Positions 43,767-57,818 of a stretch of DNA of 64,000 nucleotides are shown one piece after another. The stretch is from Octopus vulgaris (taxonomy: Eukaryota). A model generated the notes under the pieces. The model was given only the letters and a program-made list of their open reading frames with translations. It had not been told where the DNA came from and ran no database searches. The stretch spans positions 36,022,001 to 36,086,000 of the forward strand of contig OX597827.1 of the NCBI GenBank assembly GCA_951406725.2, given 5' to 3'. The position numbers were made by a program, and so were the translations under genes. Position 1 is the first letter of the stretch; each line of letters starts with the position of its first letter.

Positions 43767-46700
43767 TACTTATTTTAAGTTTGCTACTTATTTATTTATC
43801 TCTTCCCAAGATGTGAATTTACTATGAGCAAGCTCATACCAGTTGTCAAGTGGTGAGAGATAAATACAAAGAAATATATGCATGTGCACACACACAGGGC
43901 ATGCATCTTTGTGATTTTTCTCTCATCTAGTTTGCTCTCTCTCTCACTCTTTCACACACATGATAGTCATTCCTAAATCGGTTGGCATGGGGCTATAGTA
44001 GTAAACACTTGCCCAAGGTACCATGTAATGGGACTGATCCTGAAACCATGTCATTGTGAAACAAACTTCTTAACTCTGCAACCTTGCCTGCATTTATGTA
44101 ATTTACATTTAATTACTGTTTTGGTATTAAAAATTAAGCTGTTTTTTTTTTATGTGCTATTAATGACTTTTTCAGTGGGTGGTTTCAAGTTTGTATGGGG
44201 TTGGAATATTGTCTGCAGCCTAGAAGTTCCACATCCATATCCTAGATATGAATACTACGATAGTAGGAAATTTAAAACTAAGTAACTTGGATAAAGTTCA
44301 GTACCCACTCTTGGGGTAACAATATTAGCCTAGTCCCACCTACGCCAGCATGGAAGGTGGACATTAAACGATGATGATGATGATGATGCAGATCTAAGAA
44401 AACACCAACTCACTACTACAAGCTGACAAGAAAAAAACAAAAAATCTTGTCAGTTTCTTTTTTTGTTTGTTTCATTTTTGTCTGGAGGGGACAGCAGGAC
44501 CCATGCCCCTTTTATAGGGCTTTTGAGAATGGTAAGAGTGGGGAAAGAAGGTATACTCAAACCAGAGACTTAACTTAAATACTTACAACAGAGTCAACTC
44601 CATAAAAGGCATCCAAGATGCTAGAAAGTGCTGAATTAAGTTCACCACCCATCATCATTACCATTTTGATGCCACTTTTTCATGCTTGCATGGGTTGAGA
44701 GAAATTTTGTGAGGCAGATTTTGTATGGCTGTTGTCTACCCTAACCTGTTCCCAAGCAAGGTAATATTTCCCTATGGGCAGTGAGGTGGCAGAATCATTA
44801 ACATGCCGGGTGGAACACCTAGCGATATTTTTTTTTGCCTTTACGGTCTGAGTTCAAATTCTACTAAGAGCAACTTTGCCTTTCATCCTTTCGGGGTTGA
44901 TTAAATAAGTACCAGTTGTGCACTGGGGTCAATGCAATCAACTTAATCTCTTTGTCTGTCCTTGTTTGTCCCCTCTATGTTCAGTCCCCTGTGGGCAATA
45001 AAGAAATAAATATTTCCGAATGGCCAGACATGTTTATGCATAATTTTAGAAATGAATGACACTGCTTTCATTGCAGAGACACATATAACTATCATACAAT
45101 GAAGACAAAGAGACACAAGCACACAACTACTAACACAAACACACACACAACACACACACTAACACACACACAAACACTAACACACACACAAACACTAACA
45201 CACACATACACTTCTTAACCACTCAGCCAGACCTAGCCTCTTTGAGTTTTGAACTTCAAACACAAAACGATGTTGGGCAAAGCAGAGATTTGCAGTTAGA
45301 GGGCAGAGAGCTGGACCAAATATTGTGAGGATTTCTATTTGATTCACTTACAACTTTACCTCTTTTACTCGTCTCAGTCATTTGACTGTGGCCATGCTGG
45401 AGCACTGCCTTTAGTCGAGCAAATCGATCCCAGGACTTATTCTTTGTAAGCCTAGTACTTATTCTATCAGTCTCTTTTGCCGAACCGCTAAGTGATGGGA
45501 ATGTAAACACACCAGCATCGGTTGTCAAGCGATGTTGGGGGGGACAAACACAGACACACAAACATACACACACACATATATACATATATACAATGGGCTT
45601 CTTTCAGTTTCTGTCTACCAAATTCACTCACAAAGCTTTGGTTGGCCTTAGGCTAGAGTAGAAGACACTTGCCCAAGGTGCCATGCAGTGGGACTGAACC
45701 CAGAACCATGTGGTTGGTAAGCAAGCTACTTACCACACAGTCACTCCTACACTTGTTTACTATCCTTGAACAGTGACCTGTGCCTCTCCTTGAAAGTTAA
45801 TTGTTAAGTTGAACTATGTAAGCTGTTCACAGCTAAATGCCTTTAAGAGGGTTATATGCTTTGTTGTAAGTCTACTGTTTGTCTGGCAGGTCACTGTCAC
45901 ACTATGATTCAGCTAGACAGGACATTTGTGTCTCTATTAATAATTATCAGATATACAATTTATTGAGAAGAGTCATTGCTACGTAACAATACTACACATA
46001 CATATACACAGCCACAGTATGTAGTCATTCTACCTGCTAAGAATAGCAGCCAATTCTTCCTCAAATACACTCTACTGACAAACAAAAATGGACATATTGG
46101 ATAATATAGTCCTAGATGTGTTCAGCTGAAGGTACATGGCTTAGTGGTTAGGGCATTTGGCTCATGATTGCAAGGTCGTGAGTTCAATTCCTGGCAACAC
46201 ATTGTATCTTTAAGTAAGACACTTTATTTCATGTTGCTCCAGTCCACCCAGCTGGCAAAAATGATTAGTACCTGTATTTGAAAGGGCTAGCCCCATCATA
46301 CTCTGTGATGCTGAATCTCTCTGAGAACTACATTAAGGGTACACGTGTCTGTGGGGTGCTCAGCCACATGCATATTAATTTCATGAGCAAGCTGTTCCAT
46401 TGATCAGTTCAACTGGAACCCTTGCCATTGTAACTGATGGAATGCCACCAGATGTATTATGACAGGCCCAGTTAAGATGTTATGGCTTACGAAAGCTATG
46501 TCAGCAAGGCACAAGCTTCTGGTAAAACTTGTAATGCTGGAAAGGTCAAAGGATAGAGAAAATACTAATATGAATAACCTACTCCTAGAGGTGTGGTTAG
46601 AGCGTCGAATTTACGACCGTGAGGTTGTGAGTTTGAATCCCGGACTGGGCTGCGTGTTGTGTTCTTGAGCAAGACACTTTATTTCACATTGCTCCAGTTC

Positions 46701-47831
46701 ACTCAGCTGTAGATATGAGTTGTGACATCACTGGTGCCAAGCTATATCAGCTTTTGCCTTTCCCGTGGCATGGAGGGGGGGAGGCTGGTATGCATGGTCG
46801 ACTGCTGGCCTTCCATAAACAACCTTGCCCGGACTTGTGCCTGGGAGGGTAACTTTCTAGGTGCAATCCCATGATCATTCATGACTAAAAGGGGTCTCTG
46901 ACTCCTAGAGGTAAAAATGGGTTTGTGTAAGGCCAATGCCCCTACCTAGAAAGCAGCAAAGTTGCAGAAGTATCAGTGACAATTCAGAACTGAGACCTGG
47001 GAGAAGAAGGCCTTCCTTCAGGGAAACACATGATGTGGTGCAGCAAAATCTGAAAGGAAGCTGCAAGGAAGAACAAGGGTTCAATTGGAGAGAAGCAGAA
47101 AAGACAGCCTAGTGTCAAAAACAGTGGCAAAAAAAATCATTGATGCCTTATGTTCCATAGCGCTTAAGTAAGATACATTATATCAGGAAACCAAGATGAT
47201 CATAACTGAAAAAGCTTAAACAGCTTTGATCATAGGTCTATTCAGTCAAGGTTGGTTTAGACTAAGCAACACACACATACACGTGCAAACACACACACAC
47301 ACAGGTTGTGATGGAATTATTGTTTTGCAGAGCTGTTGTTTAATCCAACACAACCCTATTCTGACTGATCTTTCATCAAAGACATCTTAAACATTGGCCA
47401 TCCTGCTTTTTATTTTTTTAAATTATCATTTTAGACTCTATATCTGTCTAGGACTATGTCATCAAACTTGCATTTCCTTTAGAAGATTATGAGGCTGATC
47501 TAAAGGAGATTTAGTTTCTAATTTAAGCAAGTCGAGTGACTGTATTGATACACCTTCATTGGTTTGTAGAGGAATGTTGGTGTTGTTTAGCTCTAGGTCA
47601 GTCCTGATTGAACTGGGGCATTCCACCATGACTATACCTTTTTTTCTTATTTATGCATGACTAGATTATACATTGTGTACTTTCTTTTTCAACCCAGTTG
47701 AATATGATTCAAGGGAATTTGGCTGCCATTTCTAGTCAGCCAAGTGACCATACAGGTCTTTGATTCAATGAAGAGCAACCTTTTACAGCAAGGTGGTCTG
47801 GGGGAAATGCTTACAAACCACCTATCTAAAA

Positions 47832-47882
47832 GACTATTTTACTGAGGAGGTGTAATAAAACTGAAACATGTCCAGAACAGTC
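47832..47882 (+). ncRNA. Minimal type I hammerhead ribozyme motif (Penelope-type)
   Basis: gactatttta CTGAGGA ggt-gtaataaa-act GAAA CATG TC cagaacagtc. Confidence 0.6.
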
Positions 47883-48893
47883 ACTGTCCTTTATAAACGT
47901 GATATTCCCCTTCCACTATATGCACAATTTCAATTAATTTAAACTTCAGAAATTGTCTTCCTTGCCTTTTTTGGTCAGGATTAAGCTAAAAGTTGTTTGC
48001 TTACCCCCCATCTTCCTCACAATTACAAATGTCATTTTAATTAATTAAAAATATTTGGTCAACTACATTTAGTGAACCAACGTCAGTATTTGTTTTTCGT
48101 GTAATTCCCTCCTCGCTCAGCCATTTTAAAAATACTTTATGTCTTTCTTCTTTTTTTTACCAGTTTATTTAATCAGTTTAATTTCTTTCTTTTGTATCCT
48201 TGGTTGATAATGTCTAGCTGACAAATACTCTATCGGACAATGTTCTTCCTACACATTTTGCGCAGCATATTTCTAAAACAGAAATAGAGAAAGGAAAAAA
48301 AAACCTGCTCCGATACTGCTTGAACGTTTACGACGATGATCAGTAGTCTGGGTTCTCGTGCACTAAATGTAATATTTCCAACAAACTGTGACAGTCATGC
48401 AATAACACCCAACATGGGAAAGAAATCGTAAATAAACTTTGTAAACACCAGTAATTTTATTATTAATATTCTTTGTAGTGTGTAAATGAGACTGTATGCC
48501 CGTTTGACTCAGTGTTATTGTTAATTGACTTTTGTTAATTGCATTTTGTATGAAACTGTTATTGTACTTGAAATAAATTATTAGTTTTCTAGTCAGCTTT
48601 CAGGCTTCTAAATTGAAAGTCATTCGAACGCAATGCTTTTTTCATAGGGGGAGCTACGAAGATAGATATTGAAAACAAACACCGTAGCGAAGAAATAAAA
48701 AATGCATGGGTGTACACTATTTTGTCTTCTTTTTAATGAAAGTGTAGGAAGAGTGGGGTATTTCTCTAATATTTTTTGTAGGGTCAGGGCTGGTTTATCA
48801 ATTTGAAAGTCATTGTTTAAGCTTCCAGTTTGAAGAATCTCCTTGACTAGTAAGATTGTTTCAGCTGATGTTGAGTCTGGACTTATGGAGGTT

Positions 48894-49276
48894 GGTGAAC
48901 GGTAATTAATGGCACAGGTAAAAATGGTACAAGTGAAAAAATGGGTAGAAATGGAATATAATAAGCTTATTGAAATGTACACTATCGGCAAAAGGGATCT
49001 TTTCCTTTTGATGGACGGAATTTTCTAGTTAACTAAACAATTTGAAACTTCGTATACTGGTAGAATGTGTCAAAAGAAAACATTATTGTAAACAAAATTG
49101 TAATTTGTAAGTTTAACGTAGTTTAATTCTTCGAATTTTAACCAATGAAATCCCAGCATTTGAGCTCAAATCATTTGCTGCGTTATCGATATTGATAAAG
49201 AAACATAGCAGACGCATGCTGCATACACACACACACACATATTCAGATACACACACACGTACACTTGCACACACTC

Positions 49277-49310
<34 letters not shown>

Positions 49311-51215
49311 AAACACATGCATATACATTTGCACAAGCACATAGTAATTAATATATAAGCGTACACACACATACAAACGGAGATATACATACACACACAT
49401 ACGCACACAAGCATACACACACGTTCGCGAGTTCGCGTCCCCTCTGTGTTTTGCCCCTTGCCGCAACAAATTTACACAAAAGGTAAATAAACCAGAAGGG
49501 GGGCGGTCAATGTTTCATCGTTTCGGGGTCGATAAATTAAGTACCAATTACGCACTGGTGTCGAGGATTTTTTCCCCAATTTATATCACAGCTACCGACA
49601 AGCTGGGGCATCCTTTTATGAAAAAATATTTCGCAAATTTTTACAATACGACTCACACTCCACGCGCAAACTCTAGACCGCTTTAGGCATATTATTGTTT
49701 TGTTTTTGTTGTTTCTGGCCTTTCAAAACCACGGGAGAAACCTTTTCGGTAAAAAAAAAAGAAAGAAAATATTAAAAAAATATCGTTAATATTTTTATTG
49801 GGCGAGGAAATTCATCGATTTAAGAGATATAGCTGTTATTTCTAGCACATGCAGAAGAGAGAAGGATGAATAAGACGTGTGTGTGTGTGTGTGTGAGTTT
49901 TTAGACGCAGCAAATGATTTTAGCTCAAATGCTGGGATTTCATTGGTTAAAATTCGAAGAATTAAACTACGTTAAACTTACAAATTACAATTTTGTTTTC
50001 AATTTTGTTTACAATAATGTTTTCTTTTGACACATTCTACCAGTATACGAAGTTTCAAATTGTTTAGTTAACTAGAAAATTCCGTCCATCAAAAGGAAAA
50101 GATCCGGCAAAAGAAGTAGAATAAAGTTAGTCTAATTTATAAACTGGTTTTGAATAAAATCTATTTTCTAAATATATCATATACCTATATAACCTCCATT
50201 TCTTAATATTGATTTATATGTTTCAAATTTATGAAAAAGCAATTATAATAAAACCAAATATGTTTAAACATAAGAACACCGTTTTATATTAACCTTTAAA
50301 AGCAGAAATTAACCAGAATCTTATGTTGTAACCAAGTTCACGTAACACTTGATCAAGGTTTTTCCTACCTTCTATGTAGTCTTTGCATAAATTCTTTAGC
50401 CAACATATACTCTCTTTGTTTTCTTCCTGGGTGGTTCACCAACTGAGTCCCTTGCTATCACTGCACTCACAACAGCCTAGTGGACCCATTGCATAGTTGC
50501 CGTCCATCAGATATGTATCAGCTGAAGCAAGTAACCACAGTAATTCATCAGAACCAAACGCAATGATGTGGCTGTCAGTGTCTGGTACGTTGTCGAAGAA
50601 CAAAAATGGTTTGGGCTTGGGAGCTGCAGCAGTTGTTCATTCTCCAAGTTCCAGATCCTCGAGTCTTTCTGGTACTTGTGGATAGAATTTTGATCCTTGG
50701 TTATACAAAGTTCTCTTTATGATGTCCTCACTTGGAAGTAACGCCTTTCCTTCAGCCGATAAGTCATCCAGGTTATTGCTGTAAATCTGGCTAGATTTAT
50801 CTTGTTTCTGCTGCTTTCCTCTTGATGTTGATGCATTTTGTGACTGAAATAGCCACAGAACCAGGAGCGTAGTTGTGGTCATTAGCTGGTATAGGATCAG
50901 TCATATTAAGGCTGGTGGTCACGGTGCCTCTACAAAAAGATGTTCTCTTAGCACATCTCCATCTGATAGTTATTGATCTTACAATCTGTTTTGTATACAT
51001 GTATCTTTGGAAGCAAATCTCTTTTCCTTTATTACTCGCCGTGACTTCCATGATGGGGTTGTGGTAGAGCCACTGAGATAAATGGTAACCAGAGTTACCG
51101 GTTTCGTATTTATTTTGTTAAGGAGTTACTGGGGCAGCTTGATGTATGCCCCAAAGTTCTGGAGGAAATCTTGCTTATTGTGCCATTTTTAGCTGTACCA
51201 TTTTTACCCAAATTC
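48894..51215 (-). mobile_element. Mutator-like (MULE) element with a FLYWCH zinc-finger remnant
   Basis: ICFQRYMYTK...IRWRCAKR...CRGTV...HNY at 50797-51051; TIRs with repeated ggtaaaaatgg(c/t)ac; 9-bp TSD ATGGAGGTT/ATGGAGGTC. Confidence 0.85.
48995..50105. mobile_element. Fold-back element with ~190-200-bp TIRs and an 8-bp TSD, nested in the MULE
   Basis: Arms 48995-49183 and 49905-50105; GGATCTTTT termini; TSD GGCAAAAG. Confidence 0.9.
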
Positions 51216-51959
51216 ATGGAGGTCATGTCTGCAAGGAAAGTAAATAAGAAAGGAATTCCAGGGAGAAACACCTTCGGAAAGGACGAGGGATTCCAGCGGA
51301 TGAGACACAAGAGAGGGTGATAGGAATAAAGATGCATTGAATGGACCTCAGAGTACGCAACTAGTTCAGAGGGTAAGATGTTAACATTGCAGTGGAAGAG
51401 ATAGACACAATAAACAGCTTAGTGAGAAAGTTGCAGTATGTCGGTGATTGAATCTTAGACAATTAACCGAAAGACTTTTTGGGTGTGATCTCAGATGTAT
51501 GTGTGAATAATTACAGGACCATTGCACAGATGCGAATGTGACACGAGACTGGACATTTGTACCAGCTTTGATGATTTTTAGTTGTGTTGTTAGTGAAAGC
51601 ATAGTATAAAATTGCCTATAGTTATATTTATATGTATGAGCTGTTGAAGGGAATTAAGTTGGAAGTTTTTCAGGTTTCCTTTCATAAAAGTGATACTGGT
51701 CTAGAATCCGTGTGTGGAACGTTCAGAGAGAATGTAGAACAGTATCATTAAAAAAAGGGTATGTGGTTAAAAGTAATAGTAAATAAATAATTAAATGCAG
51801 AGGAGATGTGAGACGGTACCAAACTCTTAGGGTACACCAGATATAATCAAATATGAGTTTTGTAAGTGTTCAAGTGCTATATAAATAATAATAGACTAAT
51901 GAAAATTGTTTTATACAGTGCTCAGATGCAGAACTCATCAGAAAAAAATAGCCAAAAGT

Positions 51960-52470
51960 ACGCGAACAGAACATAGGATAGAATAGAATAAGTCGTTAAA
52001 AAAAGGGTGAAGGACATCAGGTGAAATTCAGGAAGCGTGGAAGTTTTGAAGGATGCAGCATCTCGACAACCAACTCACTGATGCGAGTAGTTTATTCCAT
52101 GTTTCAGCAATTCTGAGCGGGAAAAATGTCTCCGAAAATCATGGGAGCTGTGTATTTAAATCTTAAAAAATTTTGTAAACATGTCCAAGAGTGTTAGACA
52201 AACGAAATCTCAAAAGGTGCTCATGGTTGTTGTTAGAGTATGGTAGATGTTTGACAGCAGGTATTCGTCTGGTTGTACGTTTCTGAACAGTATCCTGGAG
52301 ATTGATATACCGAGCAAGATAGTGGTTCCATGCTGGGTATAAAAACTCTAAGTGTGCCCGTATCATAGCCATATACAGCTTTAAATAGCTGGAGAGCGGC
52401 TGATGAAGGTCTTACTGAGAGATGTTAAGACATCCTCAACCTTCTTGACAATTTTAGAGATGTAGGAACA
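51960..52470 (-). mobile_element. CR1/L2-like LINE 3' fragment
   Basis: YMAMIRAHLEFLYPAWNHYLARYINLQDTVQKRTTRRIP, matching the CR1 RT C-terminal RPHLEY...W.P...LE.VQRRATR pattern. Confidence 0.8.
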
Positions 52471-52608
52471 GACTGGTTAGAATTTTCCGAATGAAATTGG
52501 ATGGTAAAATAGTTGACATCCATAGACGGCCTAAATAGGTCCTCTCATAAGTGTCCTCATGTCAGACACTGTCGAAGTCCAGGACAACGTTACTTTTGCT
52601 TAAGTTCT

Positions 52609-52610
<2 letters not shown>

Positions 52611-52695
<85 letters not shown>
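52611..52695. repeat. (AG)n microsatellite
   Basis: Pure AG run. Many (TA)n, (CA)n, (TATG)n and (AAT)n runs occur elsewhere, e.g. 22925-22995 and 63812-63853. Confidence 0.95.
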
Positions 52696-52697
<2 letters not shown>

Positions 52698-53717
52698 TAG
52701 TGTGATTTAAGTTTCAAGCAGATATGGCTCTGCAGAAACTAATGGTGGTTACTGTAAGAGACTGAAGATGATTAATGGGGGATGATGTTGATGATTTCTC
52801 CATCACTTTTGAGTTGCAGTGAGGGAGGATAGTACGAAAGTTTATGATTAGTTGTCACCATATAATGTTGCTCTTGTTAGGATTGAAAATCACTTTACAA
52901 TGTTTGCCTAAACTGTAATAGATCTCTGTGTAAAAAAGAAGACTGAAGATTTTCGTGAGGATAGGAGCTAGTTCTGGTTCTTAGCATTCATGTTAGGATC
53001 GGTTGTACTGTTGAGTTGGAACGATTAGAGAAATTTATGCTCTTAACGACTGCGTGTGTACGATGTGATGTGACAGATAGGAAGGAAAGGGGAGTTTGAA
53101 AAGAGCTTTATTTCGTTCAGCGTATACAGAGAGAAAAAGGGAGAGATATGATATGGTGATATATGCTCAACAGGCATTCGAGCTATGACCACTCCTGCAG
53201 GACCTCATTATTCTTAATGTCCTTCCTCTTCACCGTTTTGTAAGCTGATATGATCTGGTTTGAGTGAAATTTGGCTGCTATTGCTAGCATGTTGGGTAAC
53301 GTATTAGAAGCTTCTTTGTTGGTGATGTAGTGGTGTTCTTTTTATCTTCACTTTCTGGCTTAGGCGGAATGGCTAGTACTCATGAGATTTGCAGGCCCTC
53401 CTAGGCTAACGAGATTCATACCGTTAATGTTAGTCAACAGATGGCAAGATATGAGCAGAGAGGGAATTCCTGAGCGTCGATGTTATGTGTGTGTTTGTGT
53501 GTGTGGGGTGTATGCGTGTGTGTAGTAATGGTAGGCTTTGATCGAGCAGACCTGTGACCATACCGTTTTATGGTTAATGTTGACATTATTACCCAGAAAC
53601 GAAATCGTAAAAAAAAAAAAAAAAAAAAAAAAATAGTGTAACGGGTGTTAAAAAAACAATGTAGGAAACGAATATGAAGACAAAAATGCGCGGAAAGCGA
53701 CGAGGTGGGGGTGGGCC

Positions 53718-56083
53718 ACTGAAAATGAAAGTTCTAAAATAAATGCATCTCTTATTATAAAAGGCAGATTTTATCTGCCTCCCTTTGTCTCTTATAGAAA
53801 TCTACAATATAGGATTTCTTCAATTACAATTTACCTAGCATTTTTAAAAGTAGAATGCATCGGGTCGTGCCAGGTCCAGTTTTTCAAATTTCAACCCCAA
53901 TTAAGCAAAATTTAGAGAAAACTCACATTGTGGTGTGTAAGTGAAGTGCTTTTCTTAGTGTGGGCTACAGCACACACACACACAAACGGAGCGAACTGCT
54001 TCACTGACGCTATCACCCTAATTTCTCCTCCTTTCTCTTTGCAAGTGTGCAACGATTAAAGTGAAAGTAATTCACTTTTTGTAGTGAGTGACTGAGAGAG
54101 AAAAGAGAGAGAGAGGTTATGTATGTATATATGTATGTATGGCTTCAGTGATACACACACAAAAACACATACCTACGTATACCTAAAGCACGCACACACA
54201 CACACACAAGCGGAGCGCGAACTTCAAAAGAACTTCGCGCGCTATCTATCTGGTTTGCCATTCCTCACTCACACGCAGCCACATACATATATGATAGTGA
54301 CAAACACAAACGTTTCAAACAACTACATACACACATACATACATACAGACACGTGAGTGTTTGTTATTTGTAAAAAAAGGCGCCAAACACAACTCGCTTC
54401 TCATTCGAACACATTTGCAAAAGCACACCGACGGTCGAATTGCCATAACAATACAGAAAAGGTAAATTGGTTTTTAATTTACTTTCTGTCGTTAAATTTT
54501 GGTAGTATTAATTGGCGAGCGTACTTCTGTTGTCAATTGTTGACAGAAAGAAATTGTAAGCTAATAAGGTGTGTGTGTGTGTGTAGGAAGTGAAGGATAA
54601 AAATATTGCAAGAAGTGGACAGATGTACATATATACATCCATACATACATGTGTGTGTGTGTCTATGTATGTGTATTAATGTGTGTGTGTTATCTCTATA
54701 TAAAGCTGAAGTTGTCTGTGTGCGTCACGTTTGGTAACCTTCAACTAACACTATCTCCTCCGAGACCCTGCGGCGCAAGTTGACCAAAATTGAGAGTATG
54801 ATAGAAGGGTTGCTCTTCCTTCCGTAGAACATAAAATTCAAATCGGACCATGTTAACGCCAAAAATTATTTACATCAAAAAGCTGCTTTTTTCTATGAAA
54901 ATCCCTATTTTTTACGATCTTTTCACTGCTGTGTCGCCACTTTTCGGTGTATTTCGACCAGAAAAATGTTCACAAAATTTTTACTTTTCAAAATTACAAT
55001 TCCAGCGGGTCGAAACAAACCCGAGCAACGCCGGGCGATACTGCTAGTTAAAAATAAAATATATGGAAGTAAGATAAAAATGAAAATAAATAATAAAAAT
55101 AAAACCGTATGTATGTATGTATGTATGTATGTATGTATGTATGTATGTATGTATGTATGTGTGTATGCGTGTCTGTTTGTCCCCCGTCGCTGATTGATGG
55201 CTAGTGATTGGACTTCGGAAAATTCACAAGATCCGATTTTTTCCCTCGTAAATTTAAGGAAAATGGATATCTTTTAATGAAATTGTAAATATATAACTTT
55301 CAAACGACATGCATTACGGATGCCTAATGTGCTGTAAACCCTTATTTTTGTTAGAAAAAAAAAAGAAGGGAACCCCAATAAGTGCAGTTTTGAAGGTGAG
55401 ATGCGAAACTGCATTAGTTACTTTTCTTTACCCATATTTTAAGACAACATTTTGTAGAAATACGATTTCTAGAGTGTTGATTACATTAGAATGAAAATTC
55501 AAACAGGTTTGAAAAGAATAAGTGAAAATGCTGAAGTTATAAAAATTAGTGGTACTGAAGTCTGAACAGGAGAGAGAAAGAATGATACAAAATCCTTACA
55601 AAAACCACGTTAGTGTTTGTGTGTGTGAAACAAGTAAAATTATAATATTAAAACAAAATATCTTTTACATACCTCTTAAAAATCACTGGATATATTAATC
55701 CCAGATTGCAGATTGTGGCATATAAGGTCACCGTAATTCATTCATAGAAAAAAAAAAGAAAAACATTTTCTCATAGTTCCGGTTTCTCCCCGGCCTTTTT
55801 TTCCGAACAAAAAGAAGGGGGTTTGCGGCACATTAGGCATCCGTAATGCATGCTTTTGAAAGTTATATATTTACAATTTCATTAAAAGATATCCATTTTC
55901 TTAAAGTTACGAGGGAAAAAATCGGATCTTGTGAATTTCCGAAGTCCAATCACTAGCCATCAATCAGCGACGGGGGACATACATACATACATATATATAC
56001 GGTTTTATTTTTATTATTTATTTTCATTTTTATTTTACCCACATGTATTTAATTGCATTTATTTTAGAATTTTCATTTTCAGT
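53718..56083. repeat. Large inverted repeat (fold-back) whose left arm is split by the Helitron
   Basis: Left arm 53718-53747 plus 55048-~55340 is the reverse complement of ~55820-56083. Confidence 0.85.
53748..55047 (+). mobile_element. Non-autonomous composite Helitron
   Basis: A|TC 5' ends at 53748 and 54693; 3' hairpin cccgagcaacgccggg followed by CTAG|T; no TSD. Confidence 0.8.
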
Positions 56084-56445
56084 AATCTTTATTTTTACGT
56101 GAATATTATTATTATTTTTTGCTTTATTTTTTTGTTTTTATATTTTATACCTTATATGTTATATATCGTATATTTAAATAAAATTATTAACACACACAAA
56201 ATTAAACATATTTTCATCTACTCAGTCTGTTGGAGGATCTCAATTGATGATCATGTAGTCTTCTTAATGTCCATTGGTTCTGAAGATATTTTACTCTAAA
56301 TATTCAAAATGCAAACTTATTTTATTCTATGTTTGTAGTTTGTATTGCGTGTGAACTGAAACAATTGTCGGCCTTATTTAAAATGTTAATAAATTAATTT
56401 ATATCCATTGAATCTCTCCATTTTCTTACACACACACATACATAA

Positions 56446-56487
<42 letters not shown>

Positions 56488-57057
56488 GAGGGGGGCTGAA
56501 AAGTTACTGGTTTTAAGGGTGTCCCGAAAAGCCTGGTTTGAGGCCCAACCTTCTGGGTTCTTTTACAAGGCTTAGAAAAACTGAAGGATCGCTGCAATAA
56601 GGGTGTAAATCTGAGAGAGGAATGTGTTGAATAAAATCATAACTGATTCTCCTATATTTTCTTTTACCCAAAGCCAGGAACTTTTCTGCACCCCCTGGTA
56701 TATATATTACGGGTTTCTTTCAGTTTCCTCCTATCAAATCATAAGGCTTTGGTCGGTCCGGGGCCCAAGGTGCCACTTAGGGGGATTGAACTCGAAACTA
56801 TGTTGGGAATCATACTTCTTAACACAGAGTACAGCTCGGCAACAAAAGACTGGCAATCTAAAGTATAGGCACTAATCGTAAACGGTTGTGTATTTAATTC
56901 TAATGTATTTTCTTTATCTCCTCCATAATGATAATTTTTTAAATCGTAATTATTAAACTGAATGTTTTCACAGCAGAAGATAGGAAGGGAGAAAAACTTA
57001 CGAGTCAATCCCACCCCACCACATACACACAAAACTTTACATACCGCACAGTTACAA

Positions 57058-57231
57058 AGGAGTGGCTGTGTGGTAAGTAGCTTGCTTACCAACCACATGA
57101 TTCCGGGTTCAGTCCCATTGCGTGGCGCCTTGGGTAAGTGTTTTCTACTATAGCCTCGGGTCGATCAAAGCCTTGTGAGTGGATTTGGTAGACAGAAACT
57201 GAAAGAAGCCCGTCGTATATATGTATGTATG

Positions 57232-57292
<61 letters not shown>

Positions 57293-57430
57293 AATATCGC
57301 TTGACAACCGATGCTGGTGTGTTTACGTTCCCGTAACTTAGCGGTTCGGCAAAAGAGACCGATTTGCTCGACTAAAGGCGGTGCTCCAGCATGGCCACAG
57401 TCACGAGACTGAAACAAGTAAAAGAGTAAG
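57058..57430 (+). mobile_element. tRNA-derived SINE family A, well-preserved copy (others ~10425-10820, 20566-20945, 24320-24718, 31745-32060, 36372-36725 +; 39835-40050, 41530-41687, 45360-45750 -)
   Basis: tggctgtgtgg A box, gggttcagtccc B box, internal microsatellite, and gactgaaacaagtaaaagag tail. Confidence 0.85.
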
Positions 57431-57767
57431 AGTATACAAACAATGAAATTAGCGCTTTCCTTTCAATTAAAGCAGCTTATATATCTCTTTCACCAACATA
57501 TATGTACAAAGTTCGAAAGATCGCCCCTTTTTAAAACTACGGGGTGTTATTTTTAGGGTGTCGAACGACCCTGTTAGGCGCCTGCGTTATCTCTCACACG
57601 TTATGATGATGGCAATTGTGATAATGTTATTTTGTGGTGGTTGTGTATGGAAGGAAAAACATGAGATATGCAATGGTTGTACTGACAGTTGGTGTTTAGT
57701 CACTTCTGAACTAGGAGTCGTATGATCAATGACAATCTAACTGTGACCATCTTGTCTTTTATCCAGG

Positions 57768-57818
<51 letters not shown>

